Shown piece by piece: positions 36,471 to 47,727 of a stretch of 64,000 bases of DNA. A model generated the notes under the pieces. It made no database searches and was not told the origin of the DNA. It saw only the letters and a program-made list of their open reading frames with translations. Position numbers and translations under genes: made by a program. Numbering within the stretch: position 1 is the stretch's first letter; each line of letters begins with the position of its first letter. Source of the stretch: Marvinbryantia formatexigens (GTDB lineage: Bacteria; Bacillota; Clostridia; Oscillospirales; Ruminococcaceae); the NCBI GenBank assembly GCA_021771035.1, contig JAETPU010000007.1:7658-71657 (forward strand), written 5' to 3'.

Positions 36471-36879
36471 GCATCCTGCGGAAATTGATAGTTGCAAAAA
36501 TGGGCGGTACAGTGTGTGCCGCCTTATTTTTGTTCCACTGGAGTCGGTTTTTGTCGAGGTGAAGGCGCGGGATACGCGTTTGTGCGGCAGTTTATCGTCC
36601 GGATGATTCAAATCAGGAATAGGCTGCTTCCCGGGGCTTGGGTGCGAGCCTTCCCTTCTGTGCTGGCCGAAACGGCGGCTGGGGACGGGTGATTCACCAG
36701 GGGCGGCGGGGAACTTGCCGCTTCCGCTGCGAATATCCCGGGACAGAATGGGAACGCGGGCCCGTGGAGCTTAACCAGCCGCCGGCGAAGGATAGGGATA
36801 CTCCATACTGTGCGGAACGCATAGACGGCACCAGGTTTCAAAGCTTCTTTATAAATAAGGAAAAGAAGGGGGCGGTGTG

Positions 36880-37509
36880 ATGAAGGAATACCGGACCGTG
36901 GCGCAGGAGGGCGAGCAGGAATTTATTGAAAAAAGGAGCCGGTTTATCGGGTATGCGGCGCCGGTTGAAAGTGAGGAGGAGGCGCTGCGGCTTCTTGGCG
37001 AACGCCGGGCGCTGCACCGGGAGGCCTCCCATAATGTGTGGGCCTATGTGCTGCGTGACGGTCAGATCAGGCGCTACAGTGACGACGGGGAACCCCAGGG
37101 GACGGCGGGAATTCCGGTTTTGGATGTGCTTTTAAAGGGGGAGCTGGTGGATGTGCTGGTGGTGGTGACCCGCTATTTTGGGGGCACCCTTTTGGGAGCG
37201 GGCGGGCTGGTGCGCGCGTATTCCCACACTGCCAAGCTGGCCGTTGATGCCGCAGGCATCCGCTGCATGACGCCCTGTACGGTATTCCGCCTGCAGATGG
37301 ATTATTCCTGGTATGGGAAAATCACCTATTTTCTGCCGGAATTCAGGACGGTGGTTTTGGATACCCAGTTTGCCGAAGCTGTCACCATGGTGCTGCGGAT
37401 TCCCACACAGGACTGCCCGGATTTTCTGAAGAAGCTCAGGGAAGCGTCTTTCGGCAGCATTGTCCCTGAGAAAATTGAAGAAAACTATGCGTTTGTGGAA
37501 GAAAATTAG
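36880..37509 (+). CDS. YigZ / IMPACT family protein
   Basis: EKRSRFIGYAAPV...ASHNVWAY...DDGEPQGTAGIPVL...VVVTRYFGGTLLGAGGLVRAY. Confidence 0.85.
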   Translation: MKEYRTVAQEGEQEFIEKRSRFIGYAAPVESEEEALRLLGERRALHREASHNVWAYVLRDGQIRRYSDDGEPQGTAGIPVLDVLLKGELVDVLVVVTRYFGGTLLGAGGLVRAYSHTAKLAVDAAGIRCMTPCTVFRLQMDYSWYGKITYFLPEFRTVVLDTQFAEAVTMVLRIPTQDCPDFLKKLREASFGSIVPEKIEENYAFVEEN

Positions 37510-37629
37510 GTTGTTTTTCATAAATCGTAAAAAACATGAAAAAATGGAAAAGGGTTTTTCTTTTTTTTGACGTATTACTTATAAGGAAAGACTTTTTCAC
37601 CATGATTTGTCCAAAAAGGGGGGAGCCGG

Positions 37630-39399
37630 TTGATACCAGACAGCTTTATTCAGGAACTGCGGTTCCGGTGTGATGTGGAATCCATCATCGCGTCCTATGT
37701 CAATCTCAAGCGGCGCGGGCGCAACCTGGTGGGGCTGTGCCCCTTCCATTCGGAAAAGACCCCCTCCTTCACCGTATACCCGGAGAGCCAGTCCTTTTTC
37801 TGTTTCGGCTGTTCCGCCGGAGGGGATGTCATTACCTTCATCCGTCAGATGGAGAATCTGGACTATGTGGAGGCCATCAAGTTTTTGGCCCAAAAGGTGG
37901 GGATGACGGTCCCTGAGGATGCAGTGGACGACAAGGCCTCCCGGCTAAAAACACGGATTTTGGAGATGAACCGCCTGACGGCCCGTTTTTATCATCAGTG
38001 CCTGATTGAGCCGGGGGGGAAGCCGGCGTTGGATTACCTGCTGGGCCGTGCGCTCACCCCCAAGACGATCCGGCATTTCGGCCTGGGATATGCCCCCAAC
38101 GATTGGCGGGAAACGCTGAATTTCCTAAAATCAAAGGGGTTTTCCGAGGAGGAGATCCAGGCCTCCTCCCTGTGCCTGCGAGGGAGAAACGGCGGGCTGT
38201 ACGATCAGTTCCGCAACCGGGTGATGTTTCCGATTATCGATATCCGGGGCAATGTGATTGCCTTCGGCGCCCGCAAGCTGGAAGGCGACGGCCCTAAATA
38301 CCTGAACTCCTCGGATACGCCGGTTTATAAAAAGAGCCGGAATTTATTTGCGCTGAATTTCGCTAAGAATTCGAAAAGCGACACGCTCATTTTGGCGGAG
38401 GGCTACATGGATGTCATCGCCCTGCACCAGGCAGGCTTTGAAAACGCGGTGGCAACCCTGGGCACCGCGCTTACCCCGGAGCAGGCGCGGCTGATTTCCG
38501 GCTATGCCCAGAAGGTAGTGGTATCCTACGATTCCGACGAGGCTGGGCAGAAGGCCGCCCGCCGGGCCATCAACTTGTTTGACGAAACCGGGGTTTCCGT
38601 AAAAATCCTCAAGGTGCAGGGGGCCAAGGATCCGGACGAATTTATCAAGACCTACGGCGCCCAGCGCTTTAAACTGTTATTGGAAGGGTCTGCTTCCGCC
38701 TTGGATTTTGAACTGGATAAGCTGCGCCAGAAGGTGGATTTGGAGACCCCGGAGGGGAAGGTCGCCTTTCTGCGGGACTGCGCCCAGCTGCTTGCCGGAG
38801 TGAATAACCGGTTGGAGCGGGAGGTGTATGCCTCAAAAATTGCCCAGGAGCTCTCCGTGGATAAGGCGCCGCTGATGCTCAGCATCGAGGATGTCATCAA
38901 AAAGCGCACCCGGCAGCGCCAAAAACAGGAAAAACGGGATCTGCGGATGTATTCCCAGGTGTCCGCCTCCGGGCAAAGACAGGCGCCTGCCGCTTTGCAG
39001 TCCAAGGATTTGAAGGCCCAGGTAAGCCAGGGCAAGCTGCTGGCGATGCTGTTGCGGTATCCGGACTTCTATGAGCTGGTGAGCCGAAAACTAACGCCGC
39101 AGGACTTTACCGTAGAGGAAAACCGCCTGATTTATGAGGCGATGTCCGCCCGGTTTGCCCGGGGGGAGACGGTGGATCTGCTCTCGCTGGGAGCGGCTCT
39201 CACCCAGGAGCAGATGGCAAAGCTGTCCGGATGGCTGGCCTCTGTCAGCGGGATGAATTTTACCAAAGAGGATGCCGTGCGCTATGTGGACAGTATCTTG
39301 GCACAGCGCGAGCAGAAGACACAGACCGATATTGCACAGATGAACGAGGAAGAGCTCAACGCCTATATCCATTCCTTGGCATCGAAAAAGAAATCATAG
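37630..39399 (+). CDS. dnaG: DNA primase
   Basis: TTG start after GGGGGAG. Zinc finger CPFHSEKTPSF...CFGC, TOPRIM EGYMDVIAL...VVSYDSDEAGQKAA. Confidence 0.95.
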   Translation: MIPDSFIQELRFRCDVESIIASYVNLKRRGRNLVGLCPFHSEKTPSFTVYPESQSFFCFGCSAGGDVITFIRQMENLDYVEAIKFLAQKVGMTVPEDAVDDKASRLKTRILEMNRLTARFYHQCLIEPGGKPALDYLLGRALTPKTIRHFGLGYAPNDWRETLNFLKSKGFSEEEIQASSLCLRGRNGGLYDQFRNRVMFPIIDIRGNVIAFGARKLEGDGPKYLNSSDTPVYKKSRNLFALNFAKNSKSDTLILAEGYMDVIALHQAGFENAVATLGTALTPEQARLISGYAQKVVVSYDSDEAGQKAARRAINLFDETGVSVKILKVQGAKDPDEFIKTYGAQRFKLLLEGSASALDFELDKLRQKVDLETPEGKVAFLRDCAQLLAGVNNRLEREVYASKIAQELSVDKAPLMLSIEDVIKKRTRQRQKQEKRDLRMYSQVSASGQRQAPAALQSKDLKAQVSQGKLLAMLLRYPDFYELVSRKLTPQDFTVEENRLIYEAMSARFARGETVDLLSLGAALTQEQMAKLSGWLASVSGMNFTKEDAVRYVDSILAQREQKTQTDIAQMNEEELNAYIHSLASKKKS

Positions 39400-39412
39400 G
39401 GGGAGTTAGCAA

Positions 39413-40498
39413 GTGGCTGGAGATAAAAAGAGTGTAATCAAGGACTTAATTGAACAGGGGAAAGCCAAGGGAAAGGTGACGACCAAGGAGCTCAACGACG
39501 CTCTGGAGGAATTGGACTTTGACGTGGAGCAGGTGGACAAGCTCTACGATACCCTGGATGCCAACAACATTGAAATCATCGAGGATTTTGCCCCCGCGTC
39601 GGACGGCTCTTTTGATACCATGCTCCATGAAAATGAGGATTTGGAGACGGTGCTCTCTGCGGAGGGAATCAGCATTGACGATCCGGTCAAGGTGTATCTC
39701 AAGGAGATAGGCCGTGTGCCGCTTCTCACCAGCGAGGAGGAAGTGGAGCTGGCAATCCGCATGGCCAAGGGCGACCCTTACGCCAGAAAACGCCTGTCTG
39801 AGGCCAATCTGCGCCTGGTGGTGAGCATCGCGAAAAAATATGTGGGACGGGGAATGCAGTTCCTGGATTTGATTCAGGAGGGAAACCTGGGCCTTATCAA
39901 GGCTGTGGAGAAGTTTGACCATACCAAGGGCTTTAAATTCTCCACCTATGCCACCTGGTGGATCCGCCAGGCCATCACCCGCGCCATCGCCGATCAGGCC
40001 CGGACTATCCGGATCCCGGTGCACATGGTGGAAACCATCAACAAGGTAAAGAAGGTCAGCAGCCAGCTGCTGCATAAAAACGGCCATGAGCCCACTGCGG
40101 AGGAAATTTCCGCGGAATTGGATATGCCGGTGGACAAGGTGCGGGAGATTATCCGGGTTGCCCAGGAGCCTGTTTCCCTGGAGACCCCCATCGGTGAGGA
40201 AGAGGACAGCCACTTGGGGGATTTTATCCAGGACGAGGATGCCCCGGCCCCGGCAGAGGCGGCCTCCCATACTCTCCTCAAGGAACAGCTGGGCGAGGTG
40301 CTGCAGACCCTGACTCCCCGTGAGGAGAAGGTGCTGCGCCTTCGCTTCGGGTTGGAGGACGGACGTTCCAGAACCCTGGAGGAAGTGGGAAAGGAATTCA
40401 ACGTCACCAGGGAGCGCATCCGGCAGATTGAGGCCAAGGCCCTGCGCAAGCTGCGCCACCCCAGCCGCAGCAAAAAACTCAAGGATTTCCTGGATTAA
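39413..40498 (+). CDS. rpoD: RNA polymerase primary sigma factor
   Basis: Region 2 [17 protein letters not shown]...[29 protein letters not shown], and region 4 ...[30 protein letters not shown]. Confidence 0.95.
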   Translation: MAGDKKSVIKDLIEQGKAKGKVTTKELNDALEELDFDVEQVDKLYDTLDANNIEIIEDFAPASDGSFDTMLHENEDLETVLSAEGISIDDPVKVYLKEIGRVPLLTSEEEVELAIRMAKGDPYARKRLSEANLRLVVSIAKKYVGRGMQFLDLIQEGNLGLIKAVEKFDHTKGFKFSTYATWWIRQAITRAIADQARTIRIPVHMVETINKVKKVSSQLLHKNGHEPTAEEISAELDMPVDKVREIIRVAQEPVSLETPIGEEEDSHLGDFIQDEDAPAPAEAASHTLLKEQLGEVLQTLTPREEKVLRLRFGLEDGRSRTLEEVGKEFNVTRERIRQIEAKALRKLRHPSRSKKLKDFLD

Positions 40499-40542
40499 AC
40501 CGGGGCGCCGGCTGGAAATGGTCTCCTTTTTGAGCTGAGGTG

Positions 40543-40571
40543 TTGACAAGCAGCGCGAAGAAAACTATACT
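40543..40571 (+). promoter_or_regulatory. Promoter of the Rrf2 regulator gene
   Basis: TTGACA, exactly 17 nt, TATACT. Confidence 0.55.
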
Positions 40572-40604
40572 TGTATTATCTACTTTGAAAGGGAGCCGCC
40601 AGTT

Positions 40605-41000
40605 ATGCATATTACATTGGAATCCGATTACGCCGTGCGCATTGTGGACTGTCTGGTGCAGGCTGGGGCCCGTCTAGATGCCCGCACGATTGCCGAGCGC
40701 ACCGACGTTACGCTTCGTTTTTCCTTGAAAATCCTGAGAAAGCTTGTTTCCGCCGGGATTGTCAAGTCCTTTAAAGGGACACAGGGCGGCTATGAGCTGG
40801 CAAGAGCGCTCAATGAGATTTCCCTGGGTGATGTCATTGAGGCCGTGGAAGGGGAATATGCCATCAGCCGCTGTACCAAGGAGGGCTTCACCTGCAACCG
40901 GGAGCACAGCGCACCCTGTAAATTTCAGAAGATATACCGGGAAATCTCCCGGGAGGTTCAGGATAAGCTTAAATCGGTTACATTTGATCAGTTGGTCTGA
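40605..41000 (+). CDS. Rrf2 family transcriptional regulator
   Basis: MHITLESDYAVRIVDCL...IAERTDV...LRKILRKLVSAGIV.S.KG..GGY.LAR. C-terminal Cys residues (C..C.....C). Confidence 0.9.
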   Translation: MHITLESDYAVRIVDCLVQAGARLDARTIAERTDVTLRFSLKILRKLVSAGIVKSFKGTQGGYELARALNEISLGDVIEAVEGEYAISRCTKEGFTCNREHSAPCKFQKIYREISREVQDKLKSVTFDQLV

Positions 41001-41156
41001 GGTAAGGACAGTGTAAAGGAACACCGCGGCGGCCCTAAGTCCTCTCCGCTTTCGGAGAGCCGGGCGCCGTGGTGTTTTGTTCATGTTTTTGCTGCCCCTG
41101 CAGGGCGGGCGGCGGCCTGAGGCCGGGGAGAACGGAAAACATTCAAACTTTCTCTC

Positions 41157-41185
41157 TTGCATTAAGTAGAGGGTTTATGTATAAT
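41157..41185 (+). promoter_or_regulatory. lon promoter
   Basis: TTGCAT, 17 nt spacer, TATAAT. Confidence 0.5.
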
Positions 41186-41352
41186 TTATTAGAATCTCTG
41201 AATCACAGAAATTCCCGCAAAAAAACAATCATAACTACGACTATCACCTAAAATCTCCATAGATAGCGCCGGCTGACTAAAACGCGGCGGGGAAAACTCC
41301 CTGCCCGGTTTTTCAGAATGCCGCTATGATTCTAGGAAAGGAGAATCGGCAA

Positions 41353-43875
41353 ATGAACGAGATGGAAAATAAAAATAAGGAACTCCTGGAAGAGGCCCGT
41401 GAAGTGAGCCCGGATGCCGTACAGGAGCAGAACTCCCAAGCGGAGAAGACTCAAGTGGAAACCCTGGAAATCCTGCCGCTGCTGCCGATGCGGGGCCTGG
41501 TTCTGTTTCCAAGGATGGTCCTGCACTTTGACGCGGGGCGAAAACGCTCCATCGAGGCGGTAAATGCCGCCATGGAGGGCAACCAGCGGCTGTTTTTAAC
41601 CGCACAGAAGGATTTGCAGGTGGAGGATCCTGCCGTTAGGGATTTGTATCAGGTGGGCGTGGTGGCCAAGGTGCGCCAGGTCATCCGTTCCGGAGACATG
41701 ATCCGGGTGTTGGTGGAGGGGCTTTACCGCGCCCGTTTTGAGGAATTGGTGCAGAAGGAGCCCTACCTGACCGTCACCAGCCGGGAGTATCCAACCCGTC
41801 CGGCGGCCCAGAGGAAAACCATGATGGCACAGGCTCTGATGCGCTCCATCAAATCCCTGTTTGAGGAGTACGCCTCTTTGATGCCCAAGATGCCCAAGGA
41901 AATTATGGTGACCGCCATGACCGCGGAGGACCCGGACTATCTGGTGGAGTATATCATCTGCAATATTCCCATCGAGTATACTCAAAAGCAAAGTGTCCTG
42001 GAGGAAAGCGATCTGCGCCGCCGTATGGAGATGACTGCCCAGATTCTGGAGCAGGAGACCGCCCTTTTGGACTTGGAGCGGGGGATCTATGAGAAGGTCA
42101 AGGAATCCATGGATCAAAACCAGCGGGAATACTACCTGCGGGAGCAGATGCGGGCTATCAGCCAGGAACTGGGGGAGGAGGAAAACCCCCAGGACGAGGC
42201 GGCCCAGTACCGGGAGAAGATCCTGGCGCTGCAGCTGGAGGAGGAAACCCAGGAAAAGCTGCTCAAGGAAGCGGACAGGCTCTCCAAAATGCCTCCCAGT
42301 TCCCAGGAATCCAGCGTAATCCGCAGTTATTTGGACATTGTGCTGGATTTGCCGTGGAATACCGTAACGAAGGATAAAATTGAGCTGAGTAAGGCGCAGC
42401 GCCAGCTGGACAGGGATCACTATGGCCTGCAGGAGGTCAAAAAACGTATCCTGGAGTTTTTGGCGGTGCGTAAGCTCACCGATGACACCAGCGGGCAGAT
42501 TCTGTGCCTGGTGGGCCCTCCCGGCGTGGGAAAAACCTCCATCGCCCGCAGTGTGGCCCAGGCTATGGGGCGCAATTTTACACGGATTTCTTTAGGCGGC
42601 GTGCGGGACGAATCCGACATCCGCGGACACCGCAAGACCTATATCGGCGCCATGCCGGGGCGTATCATTAACGCTGTTCGCCAGGCCAAAAGCAAGAATC
42701 CGCTGATCCTCTTGGATGAAATTGATAAAATGGGCAATGATTTCAGGGGAGACCCGGCCTCGGCAATGCTGGAGGTGCTGGATTCCGAACAGAACCACGC
42801 CTTCCGGGATCACTATGTCGAAGTCCCCTTTGATTTGAGCCACGTACTCTTTTTGACGACAGCCAACACGCTGGATACCATTCCGGCCCCGCTGCGGGAC
42901 CGTATGGAGATTATCGAGCTGGGAAGCTATACCCGGGAGGAAAAATTCCAGATTGCGAAGCGCCATCTGGTGCAAAAACAGATGAAAAAGCATGGGCTTG
43001 GCGCCCGGCAGATGCGGGTTGCCGACGACGCCCTGTATAGTATCGTGGATTTTTATACCCGGGAGGCCGGCGTGCGCAGCCTGGAGCGTAACATCGCGGC
43101 CCTGTGCCGCAAGGGGGCAAAGGCCATTGTCAGCGGGGACTGTAAGCGTTTTAACGTGACAGCGCAGGATCTGGAGGAGCTCTTGGGCCCCAAAAAGTTT
43201 TTGCCGGAGCAGGGCAGCCAAACCGACGAGGTGGGGCTGGTGAACGGCCTTGCCTGGACTTCTGTCGGCGGCGAGATGCTGCAGGTGGAGGTTGCCGTTC
43301 TGGAGGGCAGCGGAAAAATCCAGCTCACCGGTTCTTTGGGGGATGTCATGAAGGAATCGGCGCAGATTGCCGTGAGCTATGTTCGCTTTCGGGCGCGGGA
43401 TTGGGGAATTGATCCTAAGTTCTATGAAAACCGGGATCTGCACATTCATTTTCCCGAGGGCGCGGTGCCCAAGGATGGTCCCTCCGCCGGCGTTACCATT
43501 ACTACGGCGCTGGTGTCCGCTCTGACAGGAATTCCGGTGCGCCACGATGTGGCCATGACCGGGGAGGTTTCCCTGCGGGGAAGGGTGCTGCCCATCGGCG
43601 GGCTCAAGGAAAAGACCATGGCCGCCTACCGGGCCGGAATGAAAACGGTTATCATCCCCAAGCTCAACGAGCCGGATTTGGCCCAGGTGGATGAGGTTGT
43701 GAAAAAAGCCGTCACCTTTGTGGCGGCACAGGATATCGAAAAGGTGCTGCAAACCGCTTTGACCCAGGCTCCCGGCGCCAAACCGGTGCCCCGGCCCCGG
43801 GGCGAAAAGAAGCTGACGCTGGACTGCCCGATTCCGTCCATCCCTCAGCAGCCCGCGCCGGTGATCCGCCAGTAG
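41353..43875 (+). CDS. lon: ATP-dependent endopeptidase La (Lon)
   Basis: LON N-domain ([16 protein letters not shown]), Walker [10 protein letters not shown], and proteolytic [10 protein letters not shown]...[20 protein letters not shown] before ATG 41353. Confidence 0.95.
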   Translation: MNEMENKNKELLEEAREVSPDAVQEQNSQAEKTQVETLEILPLLPMRGLVLFPRMVLHFDAGRKRSIEAVNAAMEGNQRLFLTAQKDLQVEDPAVRDLYQVGVVAKVRQVIRSGDMIRVLVEGLYRARFEELVQKEPYLTVTSREYPTRPAAQRKTMMAQALMRSIKSLFEEYASLMPKMPKEIMVTAMTAEDPDYLVEYIICNIPIEYTQKQSVLEESDLRRRMEMTAQILEQETALLDLERGIYEKVKESMDQNQREYYLREQMRAISQELGEEENPQDEAAQYREKILALQLEEETQEKLLKEADRLSKMPPSSQESSVIRSYLDIVLDLPWNTVTKDKIELSKAQRQLDRDHYGLQEVKKRILEFLAVRKLTDDTSGQILCLVGPPGVGKTSIARSVAQAMGRNFTRISLGGVRDESDIRGHRKTYIGAMPGRIINAVRQAKSKNPLILLDEIDKMGNDFRGDPASAMLEVLDSEQNHAFRDHYVEVPFDLSHVLFLTTANTLDTIPAPLRDRMEIIELGSYTREEKFQIAKRHLVQKQMKKHGLGARQMRVADDALYSIVDFYTREAGVRSLERNIAALCRKGAKAIVSGDCKRFNVTAQDLEELLGPKKFLPEQGSQTDEVGLVNGLAWTSVGGEMLQVEVAVLEGSGKIQLTGSLGDVMKESAQIAVSYVRFRARDWGIDPKFYENRDLHIHFPEGAVPKDGPSAGVTITTALVSALTGIPVRHDVAMTGEVSLRGRVLPIGGLKEKTMAAYRAGMKTVIIPKLNEPDLAQVDEVVKKAVTFVAAQDIEKVLQTALTQAPGAKPVPRPRGEKKLTLDCPIPSIPQQPAPVIRQ

Positions 43876-43929
43876 GCCGTGGGGATGGCAGGTACCGTTT
43901 GAGCCTAAGGAAGGGAAGGGTTTGACTTC

Positions 43930-44526
43930 ATGAATTTTCATCTGGCGTCCTTTGAGGCGTCCTTTGGCCTGTTTTCTCAGCTCCCCCCCTCAGATCGTCT
44001 GGAGATTGCATTTGCCGGGCGCTCCAATGTGGGAAAATCATCGCTGATCAACAAGCTGCTGAACCGCCGCAATCTGGCCCGTGTGAGTTCGGTTCCGGGG
44101 AAAACCGCCACCATCAATTTCTATACTCTGGAGGATATCCGTATTGTGGATTTGCCCGGGTATGGTTACGCCAAGGTGTCCAAAAGCGAAAAGGCGCGCT
44201 GGGCCGGCCTGATGGAAGGCTATTTTGCCGACGACAGAAGGCTTGGCCTGGTGGTACAGCTGGTGGATATGCGCCACGCGCCCACAAGGGACGATTTGCA
44301 GATGATAAATTTTCTCATCGACAATGAGTTTCCGTTCGTCATTGTGCTCACCAAACGGGATAAGCTGAGTGCCAGGCAGCAGCAGGAACGCCTGAAGGAG
44401 CTTGCCAAGGAGCTGCCGTATTTTGAGCAGCTGACCATTCTGCCCATCTCCTCCACCAGCGGTGAGGGGATGCAGGAGCTTCGGGAGATTATTGAGGAAG
44501 TGGCACAGTCTGAGCGGGAGGCATAA
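43930..44526 (+). CDS. engB: Ribosome biogenesis GTPase YsxC/EngB
   Basis: G1 GRSNVGKSS, G3 DLPGYG, G4 TKRDK. Downstream of lon, as in many Firmicutes. Confidence 0.9.
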   Translation: MNFHLASFEASFGLFSQLPPSDRLEIAFAGRSNVGKSSLINKLLNRRNLARVSSVPGKTATINFYTLEDIRIVDLPGYGYAKVSKSEKARWAGLMEGYFADDRRLGLVVQLVDMRHAPTRDDLQMINFLIDNEFPFVIVLTKRDKLSARQQQERLKELAKELPYFEQLTILPISSTSGEGMQELREIIEEVAQSEREA

Positions 44527-44590
44527 CCGCAAACGCGGGAACCTGGTCTTCCGGCTGTAAATAAAGAACTGCAATAGGGGAAATGAAGGT

Positions 44591-45892
44591 ATGTTTATTT
44601 CGGATTGTCTGGGAATCAATGACAAGGGAAACCTGACCATCGGCGGCTGTGACACGCTGGAATTGGTGCAGCGGTACGCAACACCTTTATATGTAATGGA
44701 CGAGCAGCAGCTGCGGGAGCACTGCCGCCAGTACCGGTCCTCCATCGAAAAATACTACGGTGGGAACGGCTTGGTGGCCTATGCCAGCAAATCCTTCTGC
44801 TGCAAGGCGGTATGCCGCCTGGCGATGGAGGAGGGCCTGGGGCTGGACGTGGTGTCCGGAGGGGAGCTCTATACGGCCATGAGCGTGGGCTTTCCTGCCC
44901 AGCGTATTTTCTTTCATGGAAACAACAAAACCCCTCAGGAGTTAACGGAAGCTCTGGAATACGGTGTGGGGCAGATTGTGGTGGACAACCTGACGGAACT
45001 GGAGCTGCTCAACCAGCTTGCGAAATCCCAGGAGCGGGTTGCGCGCATTCTGCTCAGAGTGAAGCCCGGCATTGATGCGCATACCCATAATTTCATCCGC
45101 ACCGGCCAAATTGACAGCAAATTCGGCCTGGCCCTGGAGACTGGAGAGGCCATGCAGGCGGTGAAAGCCGCTGCGGCTCTGGATTGGGTCCAGCTGGTTG
45201 GCCTGCACTGCCACATTGGCTCGCAGATTTTTGATATCGCCCCCTTTGAGGAGACTGCCAGGGTGATGCTGCGGTTTATGGCCCAAATCCGAGAGGAGAC
45301 GGGGCTGGAACTCACTATGCTCAATCTGGGCGGCGGCTTTGGCATCCAGTACCTGCCTGAGCACGATCCCAAGCCCTATGAGACCTATATGGACGGCGTA
45401 TCCAGAACCGTGCACTCCGAGTGCGAGAAGCTGGGGATGAAAATTCCCTTTATCGTCATTGAGCCGGGGCGTTCTGTCAGCGGCCCGGCGGGGATTACGC
45501 TGTACCGGGTGGGCTCTGTCAAGGAAATTCCCGGTGTGCGCACCTATGTATCTGTAGACGGCGGCATGACGGATAATCCCCGGTACGCTTTGTATCAGGC
45601 GGAGTATGAGATGCTTGTGGCAAATAAGGCCTCCCAGCCCAAAACCCAGAAGGTGACAGTGGCGGGCAAGTGCTGCGAGAGCGGGGATTTACTGGGGGAG
45701 AATATCCCGCTGCAACAGGCTGTCCCCGGCGATGTGCTGGCAGTATTGGCCACCGGCGCCTACAATTACTCCATGTCCTCCAATTATAACCGCCTGCCCA
45801 AGCCGCCTGTGGTCTTTGTGCGGGACGGGAAGGCCAGAGTTGTGGTGAAGCGGGAGACTCTGGAGGATCTCATCCGCAACGACTGCGAATAA
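44591..45892 (+). CDS. lysA: Diaminopimelate decarboxylase
   Basis: TPLYVMDE..., PLP-Lys region AYASKSF, LNLGGGFG, EPGRS, and CESGD. Confidence 0.93.
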   Translation: MFISDCLGINDKGNLTIGGCDTLELVQRYATPLYVMDEQQLREHCRQYRSSIEKYYGGNGLVAYASKSFCCKAVCRLAMEEGLGLDVVSGGELYTAMSVGFPAQRIFFHGNNKTPQELTEALEYGVGQIVVDNLTELELLNQLAKSQERVARILLRVKPGIDAHTHNFIRTGQIDSKFGLALETGEAMQAVKAAAALDWVQLVGLHCHIGSQIFDIAPFEETARVMLRFMAQIREETGLELTMLNLGGGFGIQYLPEHDPKPYETYMDGVSRTVHSECEKLGMKIPFIVIEPGRSVSGPAGITLYRVGSVKEIPGVRTYVSVDGGMTDNPRYALYQAEYEMLVANKASQPKTQKVTVAGKCCESGDLLGENIPLQQAVPGDVLAVLATGAYNYSMSSNYNRLPKPPVVFVRDGKARVVVKRETLEDLIRNDCE

Positions 45893-45902
45893 GAAGTGAT
45901 AT

Positions 45903-45934
45903 ACACCGGGCTTAATGCGGCCCGGTGTTATTTT
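45903..45934 (+). terminator. lysA terminator
   Basis: ACACCGGGC / GCCCGGTGT stem followed by TATTTTA. Confidence 0.75.
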
Positions 45935-46313
45935 ATGGCGATTTCCGGGGGACTGCTGCGCGCTGCAAAAACGGCGAACAAGAGATGGTTTGAGCATATG
46001 GCGCAGGAATCCTGCTGGTAAATACAACAAATATTGAGCCATATGGCCCAACAAGATGGAAGAGAACAGCTTTTTATGCTATAATTTGATTCGGTGGTTT
46101 ATAGAGCAGGAACGCAGCATTTAGTGCGGTATTGACACAGGCTCCCAGCTGAGCTACACCCCCAGATGCGGGAAAGTGCGTTTATTTAATTTTGATTGCT
46201 GAGAACGGGGGTGGGTACACGCTTGTGCCGCGCTCCCCAGCTTTCTGCAGTTTGCCTGAGAATCCCGCGGGATATGTTTTCTGCGGATAGGACCGGATAA
46301 ATGGGGGATACCG

Positions 46314-47507
46314 ATGGATCAATTGATTCCTATTCTAAATGATATCTGCATCATTGCGTTTGATTTAATTCTCTTTACAAGGCTCATCTCCTTAAAACGC
46401 GACACCCGAATTTATAGAATCTGTATGTATGCCGGCTGTATCGTGATTGTGGGGGCTTATTTCATTGCGGCTTATGTGATGGGGCTTCCAGCCGCTTTGG
46501 CCACCGTTATCTGTATGACCATCCCCAGCATGGCGCTGTTTTGGTGCCTCTCCAAATGCAAGGACAGCAGGTTTTTTCTCACCTTCTGTTTTGTGGATAC
46601 CGTTTCCCTGATTATTGCGTTTCTGGGGCGGTACGTGGGAATTCTCCTGGGGAACCTGGGTCAGCTTGCGGGGCTGTTAGTGGTAGCTGCCCTGTATGTG
46701 GCCATTCTGTACGCGGGCAGAAACTACTTTAAGCGGTATGCGCAGCTTTTGGAGGTGCAGAAGGCCGGATGGACCGAGATGATGATCTCATCAATGCTCA
46801 TCTATGCGGCGCTGATATTTTTTGCCGCCTATCCCAGGCCTTTGGTTACCCGTCTGGAGTATGCTCCCGTATACCTGCTGTTTTGTGCGGTCGTCCTGTC
46901 CTGCTATCTGGTATTTGTGCATTCCATTGTAAAAACCAAAAAGATTTATGACCAATACCAGCTGCTGCAGAGGGAGCAGGAACTGTATCGCATCGCGTAT
47001 ACCGACGCGCTTACCGGCCTGGAAAACCGTGCCGCCTATTTTGAGCGAATTCGTGACCTGCAAGCTGAGTTTACAAGCTTGGATAATTTATGCTGCATTG
47101 TATTTGACATCAATAATTTTAAATCCATCAACGACAGCTTAGGCCATGCGGTTGGAGATCAGGTGTTATGCATGGTGGCGCAGCTTCTGCAGGATACGTT
47201 TCATCAGGAAAGCGTGTTCCGCATGGGAGGGGACGAATTCTTCGCGCTGCTCACCAATTGTGAGGAATCGCTGATACAGGCAAAGCTCCAGAGTCTTGAG
47301 CAGCAGATTGCGAAGAAAAGCCTTGATGTGGGAATGCAGGTTTATTTGGCGGCAGGGTATGATATTGTTAAGATTCTGCCGCAGCAGGCCCAGTCGCCGG
47401 GAGATACCATCGAGCAGGCGTTCGACAGGGCGGACAGGAATATGTATCGGGATAAGGCGGCGCACAAGGTGTGCCCTGCCGGAATAGTCCCGGGTAAAAA
47501 AGATTGA
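46314..47507 (+). CDS. Membrane-anchored diguanylate cyclase (GGDEF)
   Basis: About 6 N-terminal TM segments, then YTDALTGLENRAAY...FDINNFKSINDSLGHAVGD...RMGGDEFFALL. Confidence 0.9.
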   Translation: MDQLIPILNDICIIAFDLILFTRLISLKRDTRIYRICMYAGCIVIVGAYFIAAYVMGLPAALATVICMTIPSMALFWCLSKCKDSRFFLTFCFVDTVSLIIAFLGRYVGILLGNLGQLAGLLVVAALYVAILYAGRNYFKRYAQLLEVQKAGWTEMMISSMLIYAALIFFAAYPRPLVTRLEYAPVYLLFCAVVLSCYLVFVHSIVKTKKIYDQYQLLQREQELYRIAYTDALTGLENRAAYFERIRDLQAEFTSLDNLCCIVFDINNFKSINDSLGHAVGDQVLCMVAQLLQDTFHQESVFRMGGDEFFALLTNCEESLIQAKLQSLEQQIAKKSLDVGMQVYLAAGYDIVKILPQQAQSPGDTIEQAFDRADRNMYRDKAAHKVCPAGIVPGKKD

Positions 47508-47727
47508 TTGGACTTCAAAAGGAAGGGGAACCGGAGCCGGCTCCTCTTTTTTTGCGCCGTTTTGCACGGGAACACCGAAAGGCCGCGCACGCGGGCAATC
47601 ATAGAAATTGCGGAATAAAAGTTCACTGGGCATTCACAAAATGTTCTTGAAGGAAGGCAAAGTTTTCTTTAGAATATATAACAGCGCTAACTATTAATCT
47701 TGTTAATAGTTTGATGGGGGAAGTAAT

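Noticed and set aside
35928-36611. 227-aa minus-strand ORF covering rpmE
   Set aside because: It lies antisense to the canonical L31 gene and its promoter, and its sequence is not protein-like.
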